A stretch of 63,964 bases of DNA from Chloroflexota bacterium (GCA_022572465.1 JACZVV010000002.1:1-63964); one strand, 5' to 3'; numbered from the stretch's first letter, positions 37,266 through 46,839 are shown. Numbers and translations are program-made. The notes: generated by a model from the letters alone, not told the origin.

Positions 37266-38765
37266 ATGGCACGGTCGGGCGACCGTTCGGACCGCAACGC
37301 TTCTGCCTCCGGCGTCGTGCTCGCGCTGGCCGGCGCCGGCGTTTTCCTCGCTGCCCTGGACCAGACGTCCGTCGTCACCGCGCTCCCGGAGATCATCAAC
37401 GACATCGATCTCCCGGTGACCGATCTGGACCGCGGCGCCTGGATCATCACGGGCTACCTGGTGGGCTACACGGCGGCCATGCCCCTGGTGGGGCGGCTCT
37501 CCGACACCTACGGGCACCGCCGGGTCTACGTGGCGTCGATGCTGGTCTTCATGCTGGGCTCTGCCCTGGTCGCCGTCGGCGACAGCTTGGGCTGGCTCAT
37601 CGGCGCTCGGATCGTCCAGGCCGTGGGCGGCGGGGCGGTGGTGCCGGTGGCCATCGCCCTGGTGAGCCAGAACCTCCCCGAGTCCAGGCGCGGCATCGCC
37701 ATCGGAGCCGTCGTCGCCGTCGCCGAGGCGGGGGCCGTCCTTGGGCCGCTGTACGGCGGACTCATCATCGAACTGCTGGACTGGCGCTGGATCTTCTGGT
37801 CGAATCTTCCCGTGGGCGGCGTCATCATCCTGATGATGGCGGCGACGGTGAAGGATGATCGACCTTCGGCGGGCGCCGTCGACTACACCGGGGGGCTGCT
37901 TCTGGGCGCCAGCTTGGTTTTGCTGGCGCTGGGCCTCTCCGGCGACGCGCTGCTTGGTCCGGGCGTTGGGTGGCAAGCTGGATTCCTCGCCGCGGCGGGC
38001 GTATCGCTGCTGTCGTTTTTCTGGTGGGAGGCGAGGGCCACCGAACCCCTGCTGCCCTTGCATTTGTTGCGGCTGGTCCCGCTCGCCGCGGCAAACGGGG
38101 CCAACGTCCTCATCGGCGGCGCGCTGATCCTGGCGCTGGTGAACATTCCCCTGATGACGGACACCATCATGGGCAAGCAGCCCCTGGAGGGCGGGCTTCG
38201 ATTGCTCCGTCTGACGATGATGATCCCCATCGGAGCGGTGCTCGGCGGGTTGCTGTACCAGCGGTTCGGCTATCGTCTCCCGATGGTTACGGGGCTGACG
38301 CTCGCCGCTCTCGGCTTTGTTCTGCTGGGCCGGTGGCCATTGGACGTGGGCGACCCCAGGATGTCGCTGGAGCTGATGGTGGGAGGGCTGGGGTTCGGGC
38401 TGGTGGTGACTCCGGTGACGCTGGCGGCCCTGAACCATGTGGGTGAGGGGCAGCGCGCGACCTCGGCGGCCCTGGTTACGGTGATGCGGATGGTGGGCAT
38501 GATCGCGGGGCTTTCGGCCTTGAGCTCCTGGGGGCAGGACCGCTTCCAATCGCTGGTGGGCCGCATACCGCTCCCGGTCCAGCAGGCGGGAGAGGCCGAC
38601 GCGTTGTTCGAGGTGCGGTCCGCCGTGTACCAGGACCAGGCGCTGAACGCCGCGCTGACCTTCTTTCACGAGGTGTTCTTCGCGGCCGCCATCGTGTGCG
38701 GCGTGGCCCTGGTGGGCGCGTTCTTGATGGGGCGAAAGGGCGGGGAGGTGGTGGACCCGAGCTGA
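37266..38765 (+). CDS. MFS transporter, DHA2-like (~14 TM), P55/Rv1410c-like by context
   Basis: 499 aa; 18 nt downstream of the LprG-like gene; LDQTSVVTALPEI and GRLSDTYGHRRV motifs typical of drug:H+ antiporter MFS. Confidence 0.8.
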   Translation: MARSGDRSDRNASASGVVLALAGAGVFLAALDQTSVVTALPEIINDIDLPVTDLDRGAWIITGYLVGYTAAMPLVGRLSDTYGHRRVYVASMLVFMLGSALVAVGDSLGWLIGARIVQAVGGGAVVPVAIALVSQNLPESRRGIAIGAVVAVAEAGAVLGPLYGGLIIELLDWRWIFWSNLPVGGVIILMMAATVKDDRPSAGAVDYTGGLLLGASLVLLALGLSGDALLGPGVGWQAGFLAAAGVSLLSFFWWEARATEPLLPLHLLRLVPLAAANGANVLIGGALILALVNIPLMTDTIMGKQPLEGGLRLLRLTMMIPIGAVLGGLLYQRFGYRLPMVTGLTLAALGFVLLGRWPLDVGDPRMSLELMVGGLGFGLVVTPVTLAALNHVGEGQRATSAALVTVMRMVGMIAGLSALSSWGQDRFQSLVGRIPLPVQQAGEADALFEVRSAVYQDQALNAALTFFHEVFFAAAIVCGVALVGAFLMGRKGGEVVDPS

Positions 38766-38771
38766 GGCGCG

Positions 38772-39635
38772 TTACGTGTCTTGCCGGGAGCTCACCTGGA
38801 CACTGCGCTGAGCCTGCGTTGGACCCGGCGCCTGCCGGGCCAGCGCCGTCAGGGTCTCGCCGCCGGCGCTCGACGATATGAGATAGCTTTTGAAGGCCGA
38901 GACTTTCATCCAGGTGCCGGTGCTGGCGCCGGTGCTACTGAAGCCGGACGTCACGATGACGCCTTCTTCTGAAGTGTTGGTGAACCGGATGGTGTAGGTG
39001 CCGCCGGTGACGAGGTTGCCGGGCACGATCCCGTTGGCGGGACTGGTCGACCCGAAGGCGTCGAGCACCTGAGGACCGAGAGCGCCGGTGCCCTCGAAGA
39101 CCGCCAGCTCCCAGTCGGTGTCGGGCGCGAACGCCCAGTTGATTTCCAACGGAGTGTTGGTGCGGACGTTGGGCAGCAGATACTGGAAGCTGACTTCGGG
39201 GCCGAGGACCAACAGGCTGGTGGAGCTCTCGGGGTCGACCAGCGTCGGCCCGAAGAGCAGCGAGTCGTCGCCGGGTGGCTGCGAGATGGTGATCGTCGCC
39301 GAAATACCGTTGACGGTGACGCTGGGGATCGTGTAGCCAACGTCCAGCGCGTCTAGCCCCAGGGCCAGGTCCTTGATCACGGCCTCGATCCCCGCCTCGG
39401 CGGCGTAGTAGGCCTCTTCTCCTACCGTGTCGTCTTGGATCTGATCGATGCTGGACGAGAGGAAGGTCATCCAGGGCACGATGATCAGGATGCCCACGGT
39501 CAGCACCACCATCACGGCGGGCATGATGAAGCCGCGCTGGCCACCCAGACTCCGTGCGCTCCGTATCGGCGACGGGGCGCCGTGGCTATGGGAGCGTCGG
39601 GAGCATGAGGAACGCTTGAAGGGTCGTCGTGTCAT
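38772..39635 (-). CDS. PilX-like minor pilin
   Basis: GGQRG-FIMPAVMVVLTVGILII hydrophobic N-terminus and EEAYYAAEAGIEAVI (PilX_N-type [FY]YAAEAG motif). Start uncertain: ATG 39635 overlaps the upstream gene by 50 nt and gives a 35-aa Arg/Ser/His-rich leader; a CTG near 39548 would give a ~6-aa leader. Confidence 0.6.
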   Translation of the reverse strand: MTRRPFKRSSCSRRSHSHGAPSPIRSARSLGGQRGFIMPAVMVVLTVGILIIVPWMTFLSSSIDQIQDDTVGEEAYYAAEAGIEAVIKDLALGLDALDVGYTIPSVTVNGISATITISQPPGDDSLLFGPTLVDPESSTSLLVLGPEVSFQYLLPNVRTNTPLEINWAFAPDTDWELAVFEGTGALGPQVLDAFGSTSPANGIVPGNLVTGGTYTIRFTNTSEEGVIVTSGFSSTGASTGTWMKVSAFKSYLISSSAGGETLTALARQAPGPTQAQRSVQVSSRQDT

Positions 39636-40704
39636 AGGCAAGCATGCCGTCCGCGCCGGATTGCGTGTCGAACTGGACCGTTACTTCTATTTTATGCCCC
39701 GCCGCTAGGGTGTAGGCAACTGCGTTGCCCTTCAGCGTGACTTGGGTCCACCCGGAGGACGAGGTGAACCAGGCCAGGGCGCGGTTGCCGATGACCGTGG
39801 AGGCGTCGAGTCCGGGGTCGTAGTCTTTGAACGTAGCTATCGCCAGCATCTTGTGCCCGCTGGCGAACCCATCCGCCGCGCCCATGAGGAAGAGATTGAT
39901 CCGCCCGACGATGGTGATGGACTGGGCCAGCGCGTCGGAACGCCAGTCCTGGTGCTTGGTTTTGTCGGTCTCGTCCACGGCGGAGGAGAGGACGAGCGTC
40001 AGGCCCGCGTCGGAGTTACGGTCCTGGTCGTAGTTGTAGAGGGTCGTCGTGGTGGGAATGGTGCTGCTGAGGGGCAGGTTGACCCGAGCGTTGGTGGCCG
40101 CCACCGGCGGCGTGGGCTTGTTGTGCAAGAAGTAGTACTGGTACTCGATGGGGTTGGTCTGCTCGGGACGCAGAGACACCTCCAGGGTAGTCGATTGCTG
40201 GAAATCGTCCACCTGGTCGGCGCTCAGGTCCTCGCTGGTGACCGTGATGCTCACGGTCAGGAGACGCTCGGTCGAGGTGGGGATCAGCGGGTTGACCGTC
40301 GTCGTCACCGTGTACGAAACGTCGCCAACGACTTCGATCATGTGCACCAGAGGCAACAGGGGTTCGGCCACGTTGCCGATATACTCCTGGCGGTAGAGGA
40401 CCTTTTCCTCCCACAGGTACTCCACCCGGTGCCGCGTGGGCGGGAAGGCGCTGAAGTCCAGCCATCGAAAAATGCCGTACACGGGGGAGGTCCCGGCCTC
40501 AAACGACTCGGCGTTGGACACGTCCTGCTTGATGGTGGCGGATGCCGACCGGAGCTGATTGTGGATGCCCACCTCGCCCAGGCTGCGGCGTGGCGTCGTC
40601 TGGAACTGGCGCAGGGCCGCCACGATGCCGCCCAGGACCAGGGCGCCGATGGTCAAGGCGGTGATCAGCTCGACCGTGGAGAAGCCCCTGCCGTTCGGAA
40701 TCAT
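39586..40704 (-). CDS. Prepilin-type minor pilin, PilW-like
   Basis: MIPNGRG-FSTVELITALTIGALVLGGIVAAL is a class III signal (cleavage/methylation motif with Glu+5); 372 aa. Confidence 0.7.
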   Translation of the reverse strand: MIPNGRGFSTVELITALTIGALVLGGIVAALRQFQTTPRRSLGEVGIHNQLRSASATIKQDVSNAESFEAGTSPVYGIFRWLDFSAFPPTRHRVEYLWEEKVLYRQEYIGNVAEPLLPLVHMIEVVGDVSYTVTTTVNPLIPTSTERLLTVSITVTSEDLSADQVDDFQQSTTLEVSLRPEQTNPIEYQYYFLHNKPTPPVAATNARVNLPLSSTIPTTTTLYNYDQDRNSDAGLTLVLSSAVDETDKTKHQDWRSDALAQSITIVGRINLFLMGAADGFASGHKMLAIATFKDYDPGLDASTVIGNRALAWFTSSSGWTQVTLKGNAVAYTLAAGHKIEVTVQFDTQSGADGMLAYDTTTLQAFLMLPTLP

Positions 40705-40762
40705 TTCACGAGCTCGTTTAAGGTAAGCCGAAGCTAAGACGCGGTTGAGTCGATGGCGCTGG

Positions 40763-43700
40763 CTAATCGTCGTATATCCAGAAATTCGTGGTATTGTTGC
40801 CTCCCGGGGCGTAGAATGCGCCGTCCAGGTAGCTCAAGGCGCCGCCGGCACTCACATTTGCGGGCGTACTGGCCAGGACGATCCAAGTATTCCCAGTGAT
40901 GCTATAGCGCCAGAACGCTGTCGAGATGTCTCCGCGCAGCGCATAGACCGACAGGCCTTCGGTCGCCAGAGCGCCTCCCTGATCGACGGTCGCGGGGGTG
41001 GTCTCCAGGGCGGTCCAGGTGTCGAAGCCGACGTTGTACCTCCAGAATGTCGTCTGACCGCCGCCGCGGAGGGCGTAGACCTTGCCGTTGAGGTAGATGA
41101 GAGCGCCTCCCGCTCCGACCGTCAACGGCGTATCGGCCAGGCCGGTCCAGCTATCGCCGGCGATGCTGTACTTCCAGAACGCCTGCATGTTGGTGGCGGA
41201 ACCGCCGTCGCCTGTGAAGGCGTAGATGGTGTCCGATCCGTCCCAGGCGAGCGAGCCGCCCCAGCCAGCGTTGGTCGGGACACTAGCTTTGACCTCCCAC
41301 AGGCCGGAGCTGACGTTGAACCGCCAGAAATCCACTCGCTTGCCGCCGCGGAAGGCGTAGATGTATGCCGAGCCGCCGTCGTTGGCGTAGGCCAGCGCGC
41401 CGCCCTCCTTGACCGTGGCCGGAGCGTCGGCCACGGCGCTCCAGGTAGCGGAATCCACGGTGTACTTCCAGAACGTCTTTGGGGAGGAGCCCCTTAGCGC
41501 GTAGAAATCGGTCCCGTCCGTTGCCAGCGCTCCCCCTTTGCCGACGTTGGCGGGCGTGTTGGTGAGAGCGGTCCAGCTGGCCGATGGCCCCGCGGTCGGG
41601 AAGGGCGTGGGCGTGGGCGTCGGCGTCGGGGTTGGCGTGGGCGTGGGCGTCGGCGTGGGCGTGGGCGTGGGCGTCGGCGTTGGTGTCGGCGTTGACGTGG
41701 GGGTTGACGTCGCGGTTGGCGCCGGTGTGGGGGTGGGCGTTGGCGGCGGGAGAGTAGGAGTCCCGCAGCGCCAGAAGTTCGTCGCCAAATCGCCGCGGAG
41801 AGCGTAGTGGGCCCCGTTCAGATGGACGAGGCTCCCGCCATCGGCTATGTTGGCTGGCGTGTTTGTTTGAGTTAACCACGTGTTGGCAGGAACGCTGAAG
41901 CGCCAAAAGTCGTTGTTTCCGTCGCCTCGAAGGGCGTACAGCGAATCACCCACGCCTGACTGGATGAACGAACCACCGCCGACGACGTTGGCGGGGGCGT
42001 TCGGCAGCGTGGTCCACGAGTCGGGGCCGATTTCATATCGCCAGAAGGCGATGCTGCTGTTGCCGCGGAAGGCGTAGACGGATCCGGTCTCGTACGTGAG
42101 GGCGCCGCCTTTCTCGACGGTTCCCGGCGCATTGGCCAGGGTGGACCAACCGTCACCGGAGATGCTGTACTTCCAAAACGTCGTGGTGAAGCCGCCCCGA
42201 AAGGCGTAAATGCCGTCTGCACCGTCCCAGGCTAAAGCGCCTCCCCAATCGATATTCGCCGGAGTGGTCGCCATGGTCTCCCAGCTCCCGGAGCTGATGT
42301 TGAACCGCCAGAAGTCGTTACTCCCTTCGCCCCGGAGCGCGTAGATATAGCGGGCGCCGCCAACGGTGGCGTAGAGGAGGGACCCACCGTTGCCGACGTT
42401 CGCGGGCGCGATGGTTGAAGAGGACCAAGAGTTCGTGCTGATGGTGTACTTCCAGAAGTCCCGCGTCGTGTCGCCCCGGAACGCGAAGATGTTGATGAGG
42501 TCGGTGGCCAGGGAGCCGCCGTCATGGACGTTGGCCGGCGTGTTGGCCAGGGAGACCCACGAGCAGACCTCCACCGGCAACGGCGTCGCTGCCGGCGTAG
42601 GTGTCGGCCCAATCGTCGGCGTTGGGGTGGGCCCCGCGGTTGGCGTCGGCCCAGGTGTCGGCGTCGGCGTAGGTGTCGGCCCGATCGTCGGCGTAGGTGT
42701 CGGCCCAATCGTCGGCGTTGGAGTGGGCCCCGCCGTTGCCGTCGCTGTTGGAGCCGCCGTTGGAGTCGGCGTTGGCGGCGGAGGCACACCGGTGTTGAAC
42801 TTCTGGAAATCGGGCGTGTTGTTGCCGCTCAGGGCATAGACAGCGCCATTCAGGTGCGCCAGCGATCCACCCTGGCCCACGGTGGTCGGAGCGTCGTCCG
42901 CAGTCGACCAGGTACCGTCGGCGATGCTGAACTTCCAGAAGTCCGTCGTCGTGCCACCACGGAATGCGTAGACGAAGGTCCCGTCGGTGGTGAGACTGCC
43001 ACCCTCGTCCACCGCGGCGGGTGTATCCGGAAGGATGGTCCAGGTCCCGCTGCTGACGTCATATTTCCAGAACGAGGTGGAGCCGCCGCCGCCCATGGCG
43101 TAGAGGTTGCCCGAATCGTAGACCAGCGAGCCGCCGGCCCCGACGTCCCCCGGGGCGTCGGCCAGGCTGGTCCAGCTATCGTCGGCGATGCTGTACGCCC
43201 AGAACGCCTTCTTGTTGGTCCCCGCGCCGCCGTCGCCGGTGAAGGCATAGATGGTGTCCGCGCCGTCCCAGGCCAGGGACCCGCCCCAGCCGACCAAGCT
43301 GGGCGCCGCGGCCATTGGTTCCCAGAGGCCGGAGCCGATGTCGAAGCGCCAGAAGTCCAAAGTACCGATGCCGCCGAAGGCGTAGAGGTAGCCTGCGCCG
43401 CCATCGGTGGCATAGGTCAGAGCGCCGCCCTCGTTCACGTCGGCAAGCGCGTCGTTCAGTATGCTCCACGTGCCGCCGGCCACGAAGTACTTGTAGAGCG
43501 CCTTCTTGTTGGCGCCGCCGCCCCAGTTGCCGCCGAAAGCGTAGAGGTCGACGCCGTCGGTCGTCAGGGCGCCGCCCTTGCCGATTTTGTTGGGCGCGTT
43601 GGCGGAGACTACCCAACCCGGAGGAACGGGTTTTGGCGGCAGCGGCTCCGGAATCCCGGGGTTGAACTTCCAGAAATCGGGCGTGTTGTTGCCGCGCAGG

Positions 43701-44935
43701 GCATAGACAGCGCCATTGAGGTGGGCCAGCGACCCTCCTTGTTTCACGGTCGCCGGGGCATCGTCCGCGGCCCCCCAGGACTCTTCCGAGATGCTGAACT
43801 GCCAGAAGTCGCGCGTCGCGTTGCCCCGGAAGGCGAAGACGGAGGTGCCGTCGGTGGCGAGCCTGCCGCCCTGGTTGACCGCTTTGGGCGTTGGCGGCAG
43901 GAAGGACCAGGCGCCCGAGCTGACGTTGTAGCGCCAGAATTCTTTCCTGTTGCCGCCGCGCAGGGCGTAGAGGTTGCCCGAATCGTAGACCAGCGCGCCG
44001 CCGGCCTTGACGGTCCCCGGGGCGTCGGCCAGGCCGGTCCAGCTATCGCCGGCGATGCTGTACTTCCAGAACGCCTTGTTGTTGGTGCCCTGGCCGCCGT
44101 CGCCGGTGAAGGCGTAGATCGTATCCGAGCCGTCCCAGGCCAGGGAGCCGCCCCAGCCGGCCTTGCTGGGCGCCGCCGCCTTGAGCTCCCAGAGGCCGGA
44201 GCCGATGTTGAAGCGCCAGAAGTCCAGCTGCTCGCCGCCGCGGAGGGCGTAGAGGTAGCCCGAGCCGCCGTCGGTGGCGTAGGCCAGTGCGCCGCCCTCT
44301 TTGACGTCGGCGGGCGCGTCGGCCAGTGTGCTCCACGAGTTGCTGGAGACGCGGTACTTGTAGAAGGCCTTCTTGTTGGCGCTGGCGCCCCAGTCGCCTC
44401 CGAAAGCGTAGAGGTCGACGCCGTCGGTCGCCAGGGAGCCGCCCTTGCCGATGTTGTTGGGCGCGCCGGCGGGGTTGGGAACTACCCAACCCGATGGAAC
44501 GGGCGTTGGCGTCGGCGTCACGTCGGGTATGGGCGTCGGCGCCGGCACTCCCTCGGCCGCCTGGATCGCCGGCAGGTCCCGGGTCTTGTAGGCCGTGAGC
44601 ACGGTGTCGCCGGCGTCGTAGGATACCGTAACCGTGATCTCCTGGAGCAAGCCGGGCTCCAGGATTATCCCGGCGATGGTGATGGTGTAGTCGGTGGAAG
44701 GCGGCGCGATGGTGGCGTAGTCGATCGGCTCGGCGTAGGGCTGGTTCTTGATCGACTCGATTTGGGAGCGGGCCAGTTGAAGGGCGGTGGTGTCTTGCTT
44801 GACCAGGTCGGTGCTGCGGATGCCTAGAGCAAGGGAGCTGAGCAGTGCGGTGAGGACCAGACCGACCAAAGCGGTGCCGATCATGATCTCCACCAGGGTG
44901 AGACCGCGCTGGCCGGCGGGCCTGTCTCTACTCAT
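40763..44935 (-). CDS. Giant PilV/GspI-like pseudopilin fused to four Kelch-like six-bladed beta-propellers via PT linkers
   Basis: ORF 40763..44974 (GTG); ATG 44935 gives [33 protein letters not shown] ~130-aa pilin domain ([13 protein letters not shown]) is followed by four ~270-aa modules. Each module is six repeats of W..LA.AP..V..GGAL..DG...YA[FL]RG.....FW[KR][YF]. The modules are separated by Pro/Thr linkers. Confidence 0.8.
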   Translation of the reverse strand: MSRDRPAGQRGLTLVEIMIGTALVGLVLTALLSSLALGIRSTDLVKQDTTALQLARSQIESIKNQPYAEPIDYATIAPPSTDYTITIAGIILEPGLLQEITVTVSYDAGDTVLTAYKTRDLPAIQAAEGVPAPTPIPDVTPTPTPVPSGWVVPNPAGAPNNIGKGGSLATDGVDLYAFGGDWGASANKKAFYKYRVSSNSWSTLADAPADVKEGGALAYATDGGSGYLYALRGGEQLDFWRFNIGSGLWELKAAAPSKAGWGGSLAWDGSDTIYAFTGDGGQGTNNKAFWKYSIAGDSWTGLADAPGTVKAGGALVYDSGNLYALRGGNRKEFWRYNVSSGAWSFLPPTPKAVNQGGRLATDGTSVFAFRGNATRDFWQFSISEESWGAADDAPATVKQGGSLAHLNGAVYALRGNNTPDFWKFNPGIPEPLPPKPVPPGWVVSANAPNKIGKGGALTTDGVDLYAFGGNWGGGANKKALYKYFVAGGTWSILNDALADVNEGGALTYATDGGAGYLYAFGGIGTLDFWRFDIGSGLWEPMAAAPSLVGWGGSLAWDGADTIYAFTGDGGAGTNKKAFWAYSIADDSWTSLADAPGDVGAGGSLVYDSGNLYAMGGGGSTSFWKYDVSSGTWTILPDTPAAVDEGGSLTTDGTFVYAFRGGTTTDFWKFSIADGTWSTADDAPTTVGQGGSLAHLNGAVYALSGNNTPDFQKFNTGVPPPPTPTPTAAPTATATAGPTPTPTIGPTPTPTIGPTPTPTPTPGPTPTAGPTPTPTIGPTPTPAATPLPVEVCSWVSLANTPANVHDGGSLATDLINIFAFRGDTTRDFWKYTISTNSWSSSTIAPANVGNGGSLLYATVGGARYIYALRGEGSNDFWRFNISSGSWETMATTPANIDWGGALAWDGADGIYAFRGGFTTTFWKYSISGDGWSTLANAPGTVEKGGALTYETGSVYAFRGNSSIAFWRYEIGPDSWTTLPNAPANVVGGGSFIQSGVGDSLYALRGDGNNDFWRFSVPANTWLTQTNTPANIADGGSLVHLNGAHYALRGDLATNFWRCGTPTLPPPTPTPTPAPTATSTPTSTPTPTPTPTPTPTPTPTPTPTPTPTPTPTPFPTAGPSASWTALTNTPANVGKGGALATDGTDFYALRGSSPKTFWKYTVDSATWSAVADAPATVKEGGALAYANDGGSAYIYAFRGGKRVDFWRFNVSSGLWEVKASVPTNAGWGGSLAWDGSDTIYAFTGDGGSATNMQAFWKYSIAGDSWTGLADTPLTVGAGGALIYLNGKVYALRGGGQTTFWRYNVGFDTWTALETTPATVDQGGALATEGLSVYALRGDISTAFWRYSITGNTWIVLASTPANVSAGGALSYLDGAFYAPGGNNTTNFWIYDD
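41582..41764 (-). repeat. Imperfect hexanucleotide (GGCGTS)n tandem repeat encoding a (TP)n linker
   Basis: Plus-strand GGCGTGGGCGTGGGCGTCGGCGTCGGGGTTGGCGTGGGCGTGGGCGTCGGCGTGGGCGTGGGCGTGGGCGTC... encodes ..[34 protein letters not shown]. Coordinates derived from residue counts, +/-6 nt. Confidence 0.8.
42566..42790 (-). repeat. PT linker with a repeated 27-nt unit (PTPTIGPTP)
   Basis: Encodes [68 protein letters not shown]. The unit GGTGTCGGCCCAATCGTCGGCGT recurs three times on the plus strand. Confidence 0.75.
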
Positions 44936-45141
44936 GGCGCTTTGCTGTCTTTCAGGGCCGGCCCCCGACGCCACCCGTCGAGCGTCAAGTCGGGCCCAAC
45001 CTCAGAGAGGGGAGCCGGTGACCCTACAAGTACGACCTTCCCGGTTGGGTAGATGATTCGCGGGCCCGGGCGGCGACGAACCTTTCGGGCGCGCCGTTCT
45101 TGGCCGTGCCGGCGACTTACCGAAATTTCACAACCAGGTTC

Positions 45142-45159
45142 AATACTATTCTAATACTA
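45142..45159. promoter_or_regulatory. Direct repeat AATACTA-N4-AATACTA (11-bp period) in an AT-rich island
   Basis: Plus strand CAATACTATTCTAATACTAAATCA, directly 3' of the pilin-propeller stop (45162-45164) and ~190 nt upstream of the giant gene. Local GC is far below the window average. Confidence 0.4.
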
Positions 45160-45161
45160 AA

Positions 45162-46739
45162 TCAAAACCTCCAGAAGTCTTTCATATCGCCGCCGCGGAA
45201 CGCATAGATGTCTCCGCCGACGAAGGTCAGGGCTCCTCCATCGTTGACGTTGGCGGGCGTGTCGGCAAGGTTGGTCCAGCTATTAGCGCCGACGTCGTAT
45301 CTCCAGAAACGGTTGTTGCCGTTGCCGCGCAGGCCGAAGATGAAGGTCCCGTCGGTGGTCAACCCGCCGCCGCCCTTGACGAACTCCGGCGCGTCCGACA
45401 GGGAGCTCCAGGAGTCCGAGCCCACGTTGTACTTCCAGAAATCCTTGGTGTTGTTGCCCCGGAGGGCGTAGAGGGCGCCCGAGAGGAAGACCAGGGCGCC
45501 GCCGTCCCGGACGTTCTCCGGAGCGTCGGCCGCCGTGGACCAGCTATCGCCGGAGATGCTGTACTTCCAGAATTCTTTGCGGTTGTCGCCCCGGAACGCG
45601 TAGATGGTGTCCGCGCCGTCCCAGGCCAGGGCGCCGCCCCAGTACACGTTCTCCAGCGCGTCGGCTTGGGTCTCCCAGATCCCGCTGGTGATGTTGAACC
45701 GCCAGAAGTCCCGTTTGCGGTCCCCGCGGAAGGCGTAGACGTAAGGGCTGCCGCCATCGGTGGCGAAGGCCAGGGCCCCGCCTTGCTTGACGTTGTCCGG
45801 CGTGTTGGCCAGTGAGGCCCAGGTCCCGCTGGAGACGGTGAACTTCCAGAATTCTTTGGTATCGTCGCCCCGTAGCCCATAAACGTCGGTGCCGTCGTTG
45901 GTCAGGGCGCCGCCGCTGTTCACGTCCTCGGGGGCGTCCGCCAGCACCGTCCACGAGGGGATCGGCGTGGCGGTGGGCGTAGCCGTCGGCGTGGGCGTGG
46001 CGGTGGGCGTGGCCGTCGGCGTGGGCGTCGGCGGCGTGCCGGTGGGCGTGGCCGTGGCCACTACGGTTCCGCCGCCGATGGCGGCGTCGAAGGCCGCGTA
46101 CCAGACGCCGCTGGACTCGTAAGTTGGGACAACCAGCACGTTGAACAGCACGACCCACCGGAACTCGCCGTCGGTGATGCCGTTGCCGTTGGTGTGGTCG
46201 GTGTCGATGTCGGCGTTGGCCTCGGCGGCGGTCTCGGGGAGCCGTTTGAGATAGATGTTCTCTTCGCCGAGCATCGGATGGGCGGTTCCGGTCTTTTCGT
46301 TCTCGGGTCCGGCGACGGTGCCGAAGGCCTCGTTGGAGAGGAGCCCCATCCAGACCAGGCCGGCGTCGATGTCGGCGGTGGCGGCCGCGCCGCCGGTGGC
46401 GGGGCCCACGACGTGCTTGTCGATCCTCGGATTGTCGGGGGTGTTGGGGTCGAAGATGGTGACGCTGAGCTCCAGCTCCCCCGGTTGGCCGTCCTCGGTG
46501 GGCAGAAGGCGCTGCGCCGACTCGACGCCCCAACGGTTGGAGCTATCGGGCCCTCGGTGCTTGTCGGTGGAGAAGGCATCCACCGCCTGCTGCAAGAGCC
46601 GTTGGTCTTGCAGCAGGGCTGCCGCGCGGCCCCGGGCCAACAGCCCGACCACGCTGGGAATGGTGATGGCGGCCAGGATCGCGATGATGGCCACGACCGT
46701 CACCACCTCGATGAGCGTGAATCCTCGTTGGTTTCGCAT
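45162..46739 (-). CDS. Type IV pilin fused to one Kelch-like six-bladed beta-propeller
   Basis: MRNQRG-FTLIEVVTVVAIIAILAAITIPSV. A ~225-aa pilin domain paralogous to 46840..47535, then the linker [32 protein letters not shown], then six repeats (e.g. [44 protein letters not shown]). Confidence 0.85.
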   Translation of the reverse strand: MRNQRGFTLIEVVTVVAIIAILAAITIPSVVGLLARGRAAALLQDQRLLQQAVDAFSTDKHRGPDSSNRWGVESAQRLLPTEDGQPGELELSVTIFDPNTPDNPRIDKHVVGPATGGAAATADIDAGLVWMGLLSNEAFGTVAGPENEKTGTAHPMLGEENIYLKRLPETAAEANADIDTDHTNGNGITDGEFRWVVLFNVLVVPTYESSGVWYAAFDAAIGGGTVVATATPTGTPPTPTPTATPTATPTPTATPTATPIPSWTVLADAPEDVNSGGALTNDGTDVYGLRGDDTKEFWKFTVSSGTWASLANTPDNVKQGGALAFATDGGSPYVYAFRGDRKRDFWRFNITSGIWETQADALENVYWGGALAWDGADTIYAFRGDNRKEFWKYSISGDSWSTAADAPENVRDGGALVFLSGALYALRGNNTKDFWKYNVGSDSWSSLSDAPEFVKGGGGLTTDGTFIFGLRGNGNNRFWRYDVGANSWTNLADTPANVNDGGALTFVGGDIYAFRGGDMKDFWRF

Positions 46740-46777
46740 GGGCGCACTGCCGACCTCAGGGTGTACCCGCAGCTATC

Positions 46778-46820
46778 GAAAAAGAGAGGGCGCCCCTAAC
46801 TCCAGCCGGGGGCGCCCTCT
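46778..46820 (-). terminator. Rho-independent terminator after the 231-aa pilin gene
   Basis: Minus strand AGAGGGCGCCCC-(12 nt loop)-GGGGCGCCCTCT followed by CTTTTTCG. Perfect 12-bp stem. 20 nt after the stop, 38 nt before the next ATG. Confidence 0.8.
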
Positions 46821-46839
46821 TCGGTTCCCAATGTTCGCC

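Noticed and set aside
41582-42790. Short tandem repeats considered as a possible CRISPR array or other non-coding repeat locus.
   Set aside because: The units are 6 and 27 nt, contiguous with no unique spacers, and in frame inside a long ORF where they encode Pro/Thr linkers.
42524-44827. 767-aa plus-strand ORF opposite the giant propeller pilin. Also 40745..41497 and the plus-strand GVGV-repeat ORFs at 41538..41807, 42390..42839 and 45889..46122.
   Set aside because: They are antisense images of the repeat-rich pilin genes. (GV)n is simply the reverse-complement reading of the (TP)n linkers. They have no start context and no motifs.
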